IMG/VR virus record: IMGVR_UViG_3300020182_000041
Span: 1 to 57,318 of that record
Strand: one strand, 5' to 3'
DNA: 57,318 nucleotides
Origin: a virus
Taxonomy: Duplodnaviria > Caudoviricetes
Numbering within the stretch: position 1 is the stretch's first letter; every line of letters starts with the position of its first letter. This document shows, one piece after another, positions 10,371 through 18,614 of this stretch. Below the pieces are notes generated by a model. That model was given only the letters and a program-made list of their open reading frames with translations. It was not told the DNA's origin and made no database searches. Position numbers and translations under genes: made by a program.

Positions 10371-10742
10371 ATGGCAATTATTTACAAATGGGATATCCCA
10401 CAAATGAACGCTCACATCCAAGCGGATGGGCAAGACAATGTAATCTACACAGTGCATTACAGATACACAGGTTCTGAAGAGTCCGAAGGAGTTACGTACT
10501 CATCAACTAACATTGGAACGCAAAGTTACACGTATGTAGCAGGTGAGCCTTTTACACCTTACGAGGATACTGAAGCTTTTGAAGCTATAGTTATTGGTTG
10601 GTTAGAAGGATCTTTAGATGTAGATCAAATGCAAGCTAGTATAGCTGCAAGCATACAATCTCAAATAACACCTGTTAATGAAGACTTGTATTTTACATGG
10701 CAAAATCCTACGCCAACACCTCCAGTTAACGATGAAGAATAA
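10371..10742 (+). CDS. Conserved acidic phage tail-region protein
   Basis: YKWDI...NVIYTVHYRY...FTPY...VIGWL pattern seen in tail-cluster proteins. Confidence 0.65.
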   Translation: MAIIYKWDIPQMNAHIQADGQDNVIYTVHYRYTGSEESEGVTYSSTNIGTQSYTYVAGEPFTPYEDTEAFEAIVIGWLEGSLDVDQMQASIAASIQSQITPVNEDLYFTWQNPTPTPPVNDEE

Positions 10743-10757
10743 TACGTAATAATAAAA
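10738..10757 (+). promoter_or_regulatory. Candidate late promoter, copy 1 (AATAATACGTAATAATAAAA)
   Basis: Identical 20-mer at 36589-36608; both sit at gene ends upstream of new gene blocks. Confidence 0.5.
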
Positions 10758-10808
10758 CCATAACCTGTTCATTACAGAAAACCAATTGTCAAATTAAAAC
10801 CAAAACCA

Positions 10809-11099
10809 ATGACAACATTTTACCAGACTAATTCATGGAGTAGTCACCCATCACCGTCTAAAGATTATACGGATCTTTGGAAACACATAGCCAATAAAAA
10901 AAATTGGCGGATTGTTGAACTAATTAATGGTTATTATCAAACCGAATATCAAGATTTAAAAAATCAAAATGTATGGAATGATGTAACAAGAAGGGAAACT
11001 TTAAAACAAGCGGAAGATGCTATAGATGAAACTGTAGCTTACTATTCAAAAAAAGTTGAATTTCTTAACGGACCAAAAGTAGTAAAAACATTCAAATAA
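10809..11099 (+). CDS. Hypothetical protein preceding GroEL
   Basis: 96 aa ORF with A-rich leader. Confidence 0.7.
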   Translation: MTTFYQTNSWSSHPSPSKDYTDLWKHIANKKNWRIVELINGYYQTEYQDLKNQNVWNDVTRRETLKQAEDAIDETVAYYSKKVEFLNGPKVVKTFK

Positions 11100-11121
11100 A
11101 AATATAATCAAATTTAATTAA

Positions 11122-12675
11122 ATGGAATACAATAATCCAAGTGAGATTGTTAAAACTCTCACATTCGGGAAAGACGCAAATGATCAAATTATAGCAGGTG
11201 TCGAAAAGTTAGCTAACGCAGTGAAGTCCACATTAGGAGCTTCCGGAAAATGCGTAATTTACGAAGATGCCTTAGGAAGACCGGTAATAACAAAAGACGG
11301 AGTAACCGTTGCAGAGAGCGTAGTCTTACTACATCCGGTCGAGAACATAGGAGCAACCCTTATAAAGCAAGCAGCTAGAAATACTGTAAGAGAAGCAGGA
11401 GACGGTACGACAACATCTACCGTCCTTGCTAATTCTCTTTTAAAGATTACAAACAAACATTTAGATGAAGAAAAAGTTAGAGAACTTAAAGCAGGCATTA
11501 TTAGCGGTGCTAACAAAGTTAAAATATATCTTGATAAGACCAGTACTCCTGTTAAAGGCCAAATGCTACAAAACGTTGCTATCATTAGCTGCAATAATGA
11601 CAAAGAGCTTGGGATCAAGATTGGAGAAGCTTATGAAAAAGTTGGAAAAAATGGAATTGTATTAATGGAAGAATCTGATACAAATGAAACTTACGTGGAT
11701 TTTGTTGAAGGAGTACAATTTGATAGTGGATTAAAGTCAACGCATTTAATAACAGACAAAGACAAACACACAGCTGTTTTAGACGATCCTTACGTGCTTA
11801 TTGTTTCATCCCCTATTCCTAACATAAGAAAAATACAAAGCGTCTTAGAACACGTTATAAAGAGTAAAAGAAGTTTATTGATTGTAGCCGATATGGAACA
11901 ACAACCATATGCTACATTGTTATCGAATAAAGTTAAAGGTAATATAAAAGTTAATATTGTTGATGTACCTGGTTTTGGTTTAACAAAGCAAGATACAATG
12001 GATGATTTAGCATTACTTACTGGGGCAATGATAATAAACGAGGAACTTGGTGATGATTTAGATTTAATAAATCCCGATGTACTAGGTAGCGTTAAAAAAG
12101 CTGTTACAGATGAAAAATCAACAGTGCTTCAGATAGAGCAATCAATAGATGTAGCTCACAGAGTTGAAGAGGTTACTAAAAGTATTGAAACAGAAACTAA
12201 TCCATTCTTTAAGAAAAAGTTAGAGCAAAGACTGTCAATGTTAACTGGTAAAGTTGGTATTGTTTATGTTGGAGCAGATTCTGAAGTAGAGCTTAAAGAA
12301 AAGAAAGATAGAGTTGAAGATGCAATTCACGCAACTAAAGCTGCTTATAAAGAGGGTATTGTAGCAGGGGGAGGTATTGCTTTATTGAATGCTGCTAATA
12401 ACTTGAAGGCTAAGAATAAAGGAGAAGAGATATTGTTTGAAGCAATTAAATCACCTTACTACACTATACTAGACAATGCTGGTATTATTGAAGTTAAAAA
12501 GCAAACAATAAAAAATAGAGGGATTGATGTTAAAACTGGCAAAGAAGTTAATATGATTAAAGCCGGTATTATAGATCCTGTGTTAGTTACTAAGTCAGCT
12601 CTTAAAAACGCTGTAAGTGTTGTAACAACTATTGTGTCTGCAGATTGTGTAATTAGCAATAAAAGATTGATGTAA
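11122..12675 (+). CDS. groEL: Phage-encoded chaperonin GroEL (Cpn60)
   Basis: ITKDGVTVA, AGDGTTT ATP-binding motif, VAGGG, IIDPVLVTKSAL; no GGM tail. Confidence 0.95.
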   Translation: MEYNNPSEIVKTLTFGKDANDQIIAGVEKLANAVKSTLGASGKCVIYEDALGRPVITKDGVTVAESVVLLHPVENIGATLIKQAARNTVREAGDGTTTSTVLANSLLKITNKHLDEEKVRELKAGIISGANKVKIYLDKTSTPVKGQMLQNVAIISCNNDKELGIKIGEAYEKVGKNGIVLMEESDTNETYVDFVEGVQFDSGLKSTHLITDKDKHTAVLDDPYVLIVSSPIPNIRKIQSVLEHVIKSKRSLLIVADMEQQPYATLLSNKVKGNIKVNIVDVPGFGLTKQDTMDDLALLTGAMIINEELGDDLDLINPDVLGSVKKAVTDEKSTVLQIEQSIDVAHRVEEVTKSIETETNPFFKKKLEQRLSMLTGKVGIVYVGADSEVELKEKKDRVEDAIHATKAAYKEGIVAGGGIALLNAANNLKAKNKGEEILFEAIKSPYYTILDNAGIIEVKKQTIKNRGIDVKTGKEVNMIKAGIIDPVLVTKSALKNAVSVVTTIVSADCVISNKRLM

Positions 12676-12932
12676 TGAAAGCGATCAATTATTATATAAT
12701 TATAGAAAAAATCAAAGAAGCTCCAAAGAAAGTAGGAGGCATTGAATTAACTGAAAAGCAAGATACAGACATTAGATATTTAAAAGCTAATGTAATAAGT
12801 GTAGGAGACAAGATAGAAGGTATTAATGAAGGAGATATTATCAGGTATGATAAGCATGCTGGTCATGGTATCGAATGGAAAGATAATTTTTATTATGTTA
12901 TTACAGTTGGAGATGTAGTTATAGTTGAATGA
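12675..12932 (+). CDS. groES: Co-chaperonin GroES (Cpn10)
   Basis: GGIEL mobile loop, VISVG, EGDIIRY; coupled to groEL. Confidence 0.9.
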   Translation: MKAINYYIIIEKIKEAPKKVGGIELTEKQDTDIRYLKANVISVGDKIEGINEGDIIRYDKHAGHGIEWKDNFYYVITVGDVVIVE

Positions 12933-13369
12933 GACTAACAGCTTCAGATCTTAGAGATATAAATTTATTAAAGTATTACAGGCTCGTTAGAAGGTGGGCC
13001 TGTAAAACTTATGGATTGAAAGACGCTGATTTAGAATTACTTGTGTATTTAGATTGCAAACAATTTTTTACTCGTAATGATTTTATAAATGGCGTTTACA
13101 CTTATACTTGGGATAAAAATAGATGGGAGCGTTTACGTAGAAACGGTTGGATCGATGTTTTTAAAGAGCGTAATAGAACGAGTTCTAAATACGCAGTATA
13201 TAAAGTATCTACGAAAGGTAAGCATTTAATAAGTAGAATATATAGAATACTATTAGCAGAAGAAGATTTACCTACATCGGCAAGAAGTGTATTTTATAAT
13301 AATAAAACATATACAGATAAAGTTTTTAATAAAGCTATTGATGATATGATAAGAGATAAAGAGAGATAA
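12929..13369 (+). CDS. Putative winged-helix DNA-binding protein
   Basis: DLELLVYL...RLRRNGWI...YKVSTKGKHLI resembles a MarR-type wHTH. Confidence 0.45.
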   Translation: MRLTASDLRDINLLKYYRLVRRWACKTYGLKDADLELLVYLDCKQFFTRNDFINGVYTYTWDKNRWERLRRNGWIDVFKERNRTSSKYAVYKVSTKGKHLISRIYRILLAEEDLPTSARSVFYNNKTYTDKVFNKAIDDMIRDKER

Positions 13370-13749
13370 TGGATTTTAAACTTAAAGATTTTGCAGATCT
13401 TGTCGGAATAGACAAAGAAACTTCTACATATAATACACCTGTTTTTAAAAAAGATTTAGATGGAGATATATTAGGTGAAGCTAATAATGATGGTACTATA
13501 TTTATAGACAAGTCATTGAAAGGTAAAGCAAAAGAAGAAGCTGTAAATCACGAAAAAGTTCATTTAGATCAAATGGCTCAAGGAAGATTGCACTATGATG
13601 ACAACAAGGTAACTTGGAAAATGGATACAAAGTCGCCAGCTAGAGTTTATAAAAGAGTAGGTGGACAACTAATAGACGAAGAAACAGGTAAGTCAGCGCA
13701 AGAAGGCGGGGATTTTGAATGGGAAAGAGAAGCATATAAAAAACAGTAA
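13369..13749 (+). CDS. Putative zincin metallopeptidase
   Basis: GEANNDGTIFID...VNHEKVH (HExxH) and downstream WEREAY Glu. Confidence 0.65.
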   Translation: MDFKLKDFADLVGIDKETSTYNTPVFKKDLDGDILGEANNDGTIFIDKSLKGKAKEEAVNHEKVHLDQMAQGRLHYDDNKVTWKMDTKSPARVYKRVGGQLIDEETGKSAQEGGDFEWEREAYKKQ

Positions 13750-13750
13750 T

Positions 13751-13957
13751 ATGGGATATAAAGCAAAATCAATTACAGCTAAAGCGTCAAGTGCTTGTAA
13801 AATGAATATGGGATTAGTTATGGGTGCAAGCGATATGCATAATTCTAAATCCTTTGTTGATCATGGGGCTTTAATTGAAAAAAGAATACAAAGCGGAAAA
13901 GCAAAACCCGTTACACCTGAAGAACAAGAAAAAAAAACTAACATAACAGAAGAATAA
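13751..13957 (+). CDS. Small basic protein with SITAK leader
   Basis: ATG at 13751 preferred to 13715 because it follows the upstream stop; MGYKAKSITAK. Confidence 0.6.
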   Translation: MGYKAKSITAKASSACKMNMGLVMGASDMHNSKSFVDHGALIEKRIQSGKAKPVTPEEQEKKTNITEE

Positions 13958-13958
13958 T

Positions 13959-14828
13959 ATGAACTTACCAATCACAAGTAGAGTAAAAAGATCTCCCCTG
14001 TTAAGCCAAGCGTCTCAAGCTATAGAGGTTGAGAATGACGATCAAGCTAAAGGCTTTTATGAAAGTCAAGGAGAAGATGTAAAATCCACTAAAACAGTAA
14101 CCCAAGAGCCTACTGAAACTTTCACGGGGACAAAAGCAACAGGAGAAGCAGAAAAAAAATGGGCAAAACAAAATGAATACTGTAAAGGTAAACCCGTGGG
14201 TACACCTGGTTGTTCTGGTTTTCATAAATTCGAAGGAACTGGAACCGTAGTAGAGGAGACGGTTGTTAAAGGGAAAAAAGAAATGGGTGAAGTTCCAATA
14301 AGAGTAGCTCAAAAAGGAGACGTAATGGAGCCTTGGCAAATTTCTAGAATGCAAAGATCCATAAAGAAAGAACAAAAGCAAATTAGAAAATCTAAACTTA
14401 AACAAAGACCAGACGGTGTTAGTAGAAGAGATTGGAAGAGGCAGGTTAGAGCAGAAGAAAATGCTGCTGAACAAAAAGAGTTTCAAGCTTTAGCAGATAG
14501 AAACGCTAAATCAAGAGCTTCCGGTAAAAGAGGAGGATCAAGAGATGTAGCTGGTTTTGATAGAGCTAAAACCGTTGGAGAAGATAGTGAAAAAGTGCAA
14601 GTGACTAAAGCTCAAAAAGCAGCTGAGCTAGCCGCTAACAAAAATAAAAAAGAAGAAAAGAAAAAATCACCAAACGAAATGAGATCAACAAGCCCAGCAA
14701 AAAAAGCATTAAAAGGTAGCCAAAATCAATTACCTCAGCATTTACAAGCAGCTATTAAAGCAGCTCCTGGTAAAATGAACGGTTCTCCTTACAAAATGAA
14801 AGGCTCAATGTTTAAAAAGAGATACTAA
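13959..14828 (+). CDS. Lys-rich protein, candidate internal head protein
   Basis: MNLPITSRVKRSP leader; several SPxK-like motifs near the C-terminus. Confidence 0.65.
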   Translation: MNLPITSRVKRSPLLSQASQAIEVENDDQAKGFYESQGEDVKSTKTVTQEPTETFTGTKATGEAEKKWAKQNEYCKGKPVGTPGCSGFHKFEGTGTVVEETVVKGKKEMGEVPIRVAQKGDVMEPWQISRMQRSIKKEQKQIRKSKLKQRPDGVSRRDWKRQVRAEENAAEQKEFQALADRNAKSRASGKRGGSRDVAGFDRAKTVGEDSEKVQVTKAQKAAELAANKNKKEEKKKSPNEMRSTSPAKKALKGSQNQLPQHLQAAIKAAPGKMNGSPYKMKGSMFKKRY

Positions 14829-15142
14829 TGGCTATACCAATTACAAGTAAAATAAAAAACTGCTCGCCTGCTAAGAAAACAGGAGCATGGACAAGGAAAG
14901 AGGGGCAATCGGAATCTGGAGGTTTAAACCAAAAAGGTGTTGATGATTATAAAAGAAAAAATCCTGGTTCAAAATTAAAGACCGCTGTAACAACAAAGCC
15001 ATCTAAATTGAAGCCTGGTAGTAAAGCCGCTAATCGTAGAAAATCTTTTTGTGCAAGAATGAGCGGGGTAAAAGGACCAATGAAAAAACCAAATGGTAAA
15101 CCTACAAGAAAGGCTTTAGCATTAAGAAAATGGAATTGCTAA
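14828..15142 (+). CDS. Basic phage protein, DUF6321-like
   Basis: AWTRKEG..SGGLN...RRKSFCARM...ALRKWNC pattern recalled from this family; leader MAIPITSKIKNCSPAK. Confidence 0.7.
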   Translation: MAIPITSKIKNCSPAKKTGAWTRKEGQSESGGLNQKGVDDYKRKNPGSKLKTAVTTKPSKLKPGSKAANRRKSFCARMSGVKGPMKKPNGKPTRKALALRKWNC

Positions 15143-15297
15143 TGGAATCAAAAGGACTAGGCGATACGGTAGAAAAAATAACTAAAGCAACAGGAATCAA
15201 GACTTTAGTAGAAAAAGTTTCAGAGGGTTTAAACATCCCGTGCGGGTGCCAGCACAGAAAAGAAAAACTAAATAAAATGTTACCATACAAAAAATAA
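15142..15297 (+). CDS. 51-aa protein with GLGDTVEK...CGC motif (not in ORF track)
   Basis: MESKGLGDTVEKITKATGIK...PCGCQHRKEKLN; TAATG coupling; fills the gap. Confidence 0.75.
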   Translation: MESKGLGDTVEKITKATGIKTLVEKVSEGLNIPCGCQHRKEKLNKMLPYKK

Positions 15298-15303
15298 AAA
15301 AAA

Positions 15304-16365
15304 ATGAGTTTCAAAAACACACCAATAACGGCGAAAATTAAAAGAACTACTAAAGGAGGTATTACACAACCATTACTTAACGTAGGAGCTCCTATTAAAA
15401 TGAAGATGTCTTCACCTGCTAAGCAAACAGTTGCTGACCCTGAACTTACTAAAAAAATGGACAATTTTAGAAATGAAATGTCTAGACAAGACAAAGTAAA
15501 AGCCGACAACTTAGCTGCAAGCAAAGCAAAGAAAGCTGCGAAAGATAAATCTAATTATCAAAAGAACATGGATCAATATAGAAAAGATGTATCTACTTTA
15601 AATGCAAATACAAAAGCTGCATCTAAAAATGTTAATCCTAGACAAATGGATTCCGCTATGAATAGAAGCGTAAGACAGGCAGGTAGGATTAAATCTTTTG
15701 AAAAGAATCTTTACGACTACGATACAAAAAACAAAGCAGGTAGCACTGAAGGTTATACTGCTAAAGAATATGCAATGGCTAAAGCCAGTGGTACTTATAA
15801 ATCTAGAGCTAAGAAAAAAGAAGACGTTAAAGTAGACACTACCAAAACTCAAGCCACTAAAACTAAAAAAGTTTCATACGATACTGCTTATAAAAATAGG
15901 GATCAAAAAACATACGGTAAGATGGACAAAGCTACTTATATAAAAGAAGCTAAACGTCAAAACGCTTCATATAAGGCCGGTAAAGGATGGGATGTTAAAA
16001 ACAAAGGTAAAGATACACCACCTAGAAAAAAGGTTAAAACAGCTTCTGTAATAGAACCTAAAGGAATTAAAAAAATAGAAATATCTACAAAGTTAGATCC
16101 AAAACAACTTAAAGCAGAAGTTGTAAAGCGTAACACTAAAACAGAAAAGCCTTCTAAAAGAGACGTACGTAAAGCTAATAGAAAAGCTAAATCAGCAGGT
16201 AGAGCAAGTGATAGAGCAGCAAGAGCTAGACTAAAAGGCCAACAAGCTTTAGAGAATGGTAACAAGCAAAAAGCTTTAAGACTTAAAAGAAAAGAAACAC
16301 GATTAAAAGCAAAAGCTACTAGAAAAAGAGGACAAGCAGCAGATGCTATTAAGATAAAAGATTAA
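15304..16365 (+). CDS. Very basic Lys/Arg/Ala-rich protein, candidate DNA-condensing/internal protein
   Basis: TPITAKIK and SSPAKQ in the N-terminus; strongly basic C-terminus. Confidence 0.65.
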   Translation: MSFKNTPITAKIKRTTKGGITQPLLNVGAPIKMKMSSPAKQTVADPELTKKMDNFRNEMSRQDKVKADNLAASKAKKAAKDKSNYQKNMDQYRKDVSTLNANTKAASKNVNPRQMDSAMNRSVRQAGRIKSFEKNLYDYDTKNKAGSTEGYTAKEYAMAKASGTYKSRAKKKEDVKVDTTKTQATKTKKVSYDTAYKNRDQKTYGKMDKATYIKEAKRQNASYKAGKGWDVKNKGKDTPPRKKVKTASVIEPKGIKKIEISTKLDPKQLKAEVVKRNTKTEKPSKRDVRKANRKAKSAGRASDRAARARLKGQQALENGNKQKALRLKRKETRLKAKATRKRGQAADAIKIKD

Positions 16366-16761
16366 ATGAAAAAGTTATTTCAATGGCTTACAGGTAGTGT
16401 TGTTAAAGAAATTGGCAGCGCTATTGATAAGTTAACTACAACTGAAGAAGAGAAGCTTACTATTAAAAAGCAAGTTATAGAAATACTAGAACAAGCCGAT
16501 ACAAATGCTCAAGCTCAAGTAACAGATCGTTGGAAGTCAGATATGGAAAGTGACAGTTTCTTGTCTAAAAATATCCGGCCAATTATACTCATATATATAA
16601 CGGTTATATTTACAGCGTTGGCATTTACTGATGGTAACATTGGAGAGTTTCAAATAGCAAAAGAGTATATACCTATATTTCAAACATTATTAGTTACTGT
16701 TTACGGAGCTTATTTTGTAGGAAGAACTTGGGAAAAAGCAACAAAAATAAATAAAAAATAA
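16366..16761 (+). CDS. Holin, GTA 3TM-type
   Basis: RWKSDM..DSFLSKNIRP followed by hydrophobic helices and YGAYFVGRTWEK. Confidence 0.75.
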   Translation: MKKLFQWLTGSVVKEIGSAIDKLTTTEEEKLTIKKQVIEILEQADTNAQAQVTDRWKSDMESDSFLSKNIRPIILIYITVIFTALAFTDGNIGEFQIAKEYIPIFQTLLVTVYGAYFVGRTWEKATKINKK

Positions 16762-16770
16762 ACAAAAATA

Positions 16771-17295
16771 ATGGGACAATTTTTAAATCAGCCAGACTTT
16801 ATAGAGTTTGGCAAAGTAGTAACACCAAGCAATACAATTAATGCTTCTACAAACCTTAACAAAGCTTCTTTGTGGGTTGGCGGAGGCGGTACTGTAAAAG
16901 CTATACTTTCTAGTACACTTGGAGGTGTTGTAGAAAGTTTTACAATAACATCACCAGGAGCAGGTTATACCACTGGAGCTGCAGTAGCAACTTTAAACGA
17001 TGATGGTACAGATGCAACTGGCTTAACCGTAGATATCACTGTAGATGGTAGTGGTGCAATTGTTACTGCCGTACTAAATAACACAGGTAGTGGTTATGTA
17101 GTAGGACAAACACTTAGAATAGCAGGAGGTACTTCAATGGCAGTTATTACTATTACAGGAGTTGATAACACACCTTTAGCTTCTCAAGCAGTATCTTTTC
17201 AAGGAGTACAAGCAGGGACATACTTGCCAGTAATCGTTGATTATGTGTTAATAGAAGGCACTAACCCGGCAACTCTGATGATTGCATGTCATTAA
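16771..17295 (+). CDS. Capsid spike-base-like virion protein with an inserted domain
   Basis: LWVGGGGTVK and VSFQGVQAGTYLPVIVDYV resemble the RcGTA Rcc01079-type spike base; central GxGY repeats. Confidence 0.5.
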   Translation: MGQFLNQPDFIEFGKVVTPSNTINASTNLNKASLWVGGGGTVKAILSSTLGGVVESFTITSPGAGYTTGAAVATLNDDGTDATGLTVDITVDGSGAIVTAVLNNTGSGYVVGQTLRIAGGTSMAVITITGVDNTPLASQAVSFQGVQAGTYLPVIVDYVLIEGTNPATLMIACH

Positions 17296-17312
17296 GAATG
17301 CTTAAAAACAAG

Positions 17313-17326
17313 TAACTATATAGTTA
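17313..17326. promoter_or_regulatory. Perfect 14-bp palindrome TAACTATATAGTTA, possible operator/promoter element
   Basis: Intergenic; overlaps a GTAACTAT variant of the late motif. Confidence 0.3.
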
Positions 17327-17353
17327 TTATATAAACAATTAAATCATATTATT

Positions 17354-17590
17354 ATGTCTAAAAAATTATCAGAAGTAGAGTTAAAAGAATTACAAGGGGT
17401 CATTGGTAAAATCAACGAAGTGCAAATGCAAATTGGTGGTTTAGAAATGCAAAAACAAGAACTTATTTTAGCGGGAGTTGAGGCTAAAAAAGCTTTAGGA
17501 GAAACTCAAAAAACGTTAGAAGAAACTTATGGCCAGGTTCAAATTGATATCCAAACTGGAGAAATCAAAGAAAATGAATCAGATAGTTAG
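17354..17590 (+). CDS. Small coiled-coil protein
   Basis: Heptad pattern, C-terminal YGQVQIDIQTGEI. Confidence 0.7.
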   Translation: MSKKLSEVELKELQGVIGKINEVQMQIGGLEMQKQELILAGVEAKKALGETQKTLEETYGQVQIDIQTGEIKENESDS

Positions 17591-17795
17591 AAAGATAAGT
17601 ATTGGTAAAGACTACAAAAATGATGCCATGCACTACTCTGTTGGACAGGAAGTGTATGGTGGTCATACCATAAAAAATATAATTGAAGAAGATACTAAGT
17701 ACTCAATATATATAGAAAAGAATAACGAGATAATGCCATGGAAAGATTTTAATAAGAATATGGCAATTGCAGTAGAATATGACTTGCAATATTAA
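17574..17795 (+). CDS. Hypothetical protein
   Basis: MNQIVRKISIGKDYKNDAMHY; ATG at 17574 has an A-rich leader. Confidence 0.7.
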   Translation: MNQIVRKISIGKDYKNDAMHYSVGQEVYGGHTIKNIIEEDTKYSIYIEKNNEIMPWKDFNKNMAIAVEYDLQY

Positions 17796-18385
17796 TGAAG
17801 TCATTAATTAATTTTATCATAGAGCCTATAGGCGAAAGATATAACAATGTAAAGAATATTGAAGGCAACGAATTATTGTTAAATACAGAATTACAAAATC
17901 ATAATTATTCAAATAGAATAGCCAAGGTTATATCCGTACCTAAATTATCAGATACTGATATAAAAGAAGGTGATCAAGTAATAGTGCATCACAATGTATT
18001 TAGACGTTTTAGAGACATTAGAGGTGACGAAAAAAATAGTAGATCTTACTATAAAGATAATATATACTTTGCAACTGAAGATCAGGTTTATGCTTACAAA
18101 AGAAAAAGCAACTGGCAAAGCTGTAAGGGATTTAATTTCGTAAAACCTATAAAAGAAACAAAATCATTTTCATTAGATAAAGAGAAAGAAGGTGTTGGTG
18201 TTTTATACTTCAAAGATCCTGAACTAAAAGGATTAAAAGACGGAGATCTAGTCGGGTTTAGACCTGGGGCAGAATATGAATTTGTAATCGGTAACGATAG
18301 AATTTATAGAGTACCCACAAATTCAATCACAATTAAATATGAATATCAAGGAAACGAAGAAGAGTATAATCCAAGCTGGGCATAG
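17795..18385 (+). CDS. Tandem two-domain GroES-like protein
   Basis: Two GroES-like units: AKVISVP..DIKEGDQVIV and GVL..GLKDGDLVGF..EFVIGNDRIYRV. Confidence 0.6.
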   Translation: MKSLINFIIEPIGERYNNVKNIEGNELLLNTELQNHNYSNRIAKVISVPKLSDTDIKEGDQVIVHHNVFRRFRDIRGDEKNSRSYYKDNIYFATEDQVYAYKRKSNWQSCKGFNFVKPIKETKSFSLDKEKEGVGVLYFKDPELKGLKDGDLVGFRPGAEYEFVIGNDRIYRVPTNSITIKYEYQGNEEEYNPSWA

Positions 18386-18614
18386 AGCGGTTGAAGAACT
18401 TATAAAAGTTGCCAAAGAATCTATTGTAGATTCAGAAGATGATCTTGCTGCAGACAAGCTTAAAAACGCAGCGGCTACAAAAAAGCTAGCTATATTTGAT
18501 GCTTTTGAAATCCTTACTAGGATACAACTTGAACAAGATATTCTTGACGAAAAACCAGCAGAAATTAAAGAAGAAAAATCTTTTAAAGGATTCGCTGAAA
18601 AAAGATCTAAGTAA
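18339..18614 (+). CDS. Putative terminase small subunit
   Basis: Small helical protein coupled to terL; call is positional. Confidence 0.45.
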   Translation: MNIKETKKSIIQAGHRAVEELIKVAKESIVDSEDDLAADKLKNAAATKKLAIFDAFEILTRIQLEQDILDEKPAEIKEEKSFKGFAEKRSK

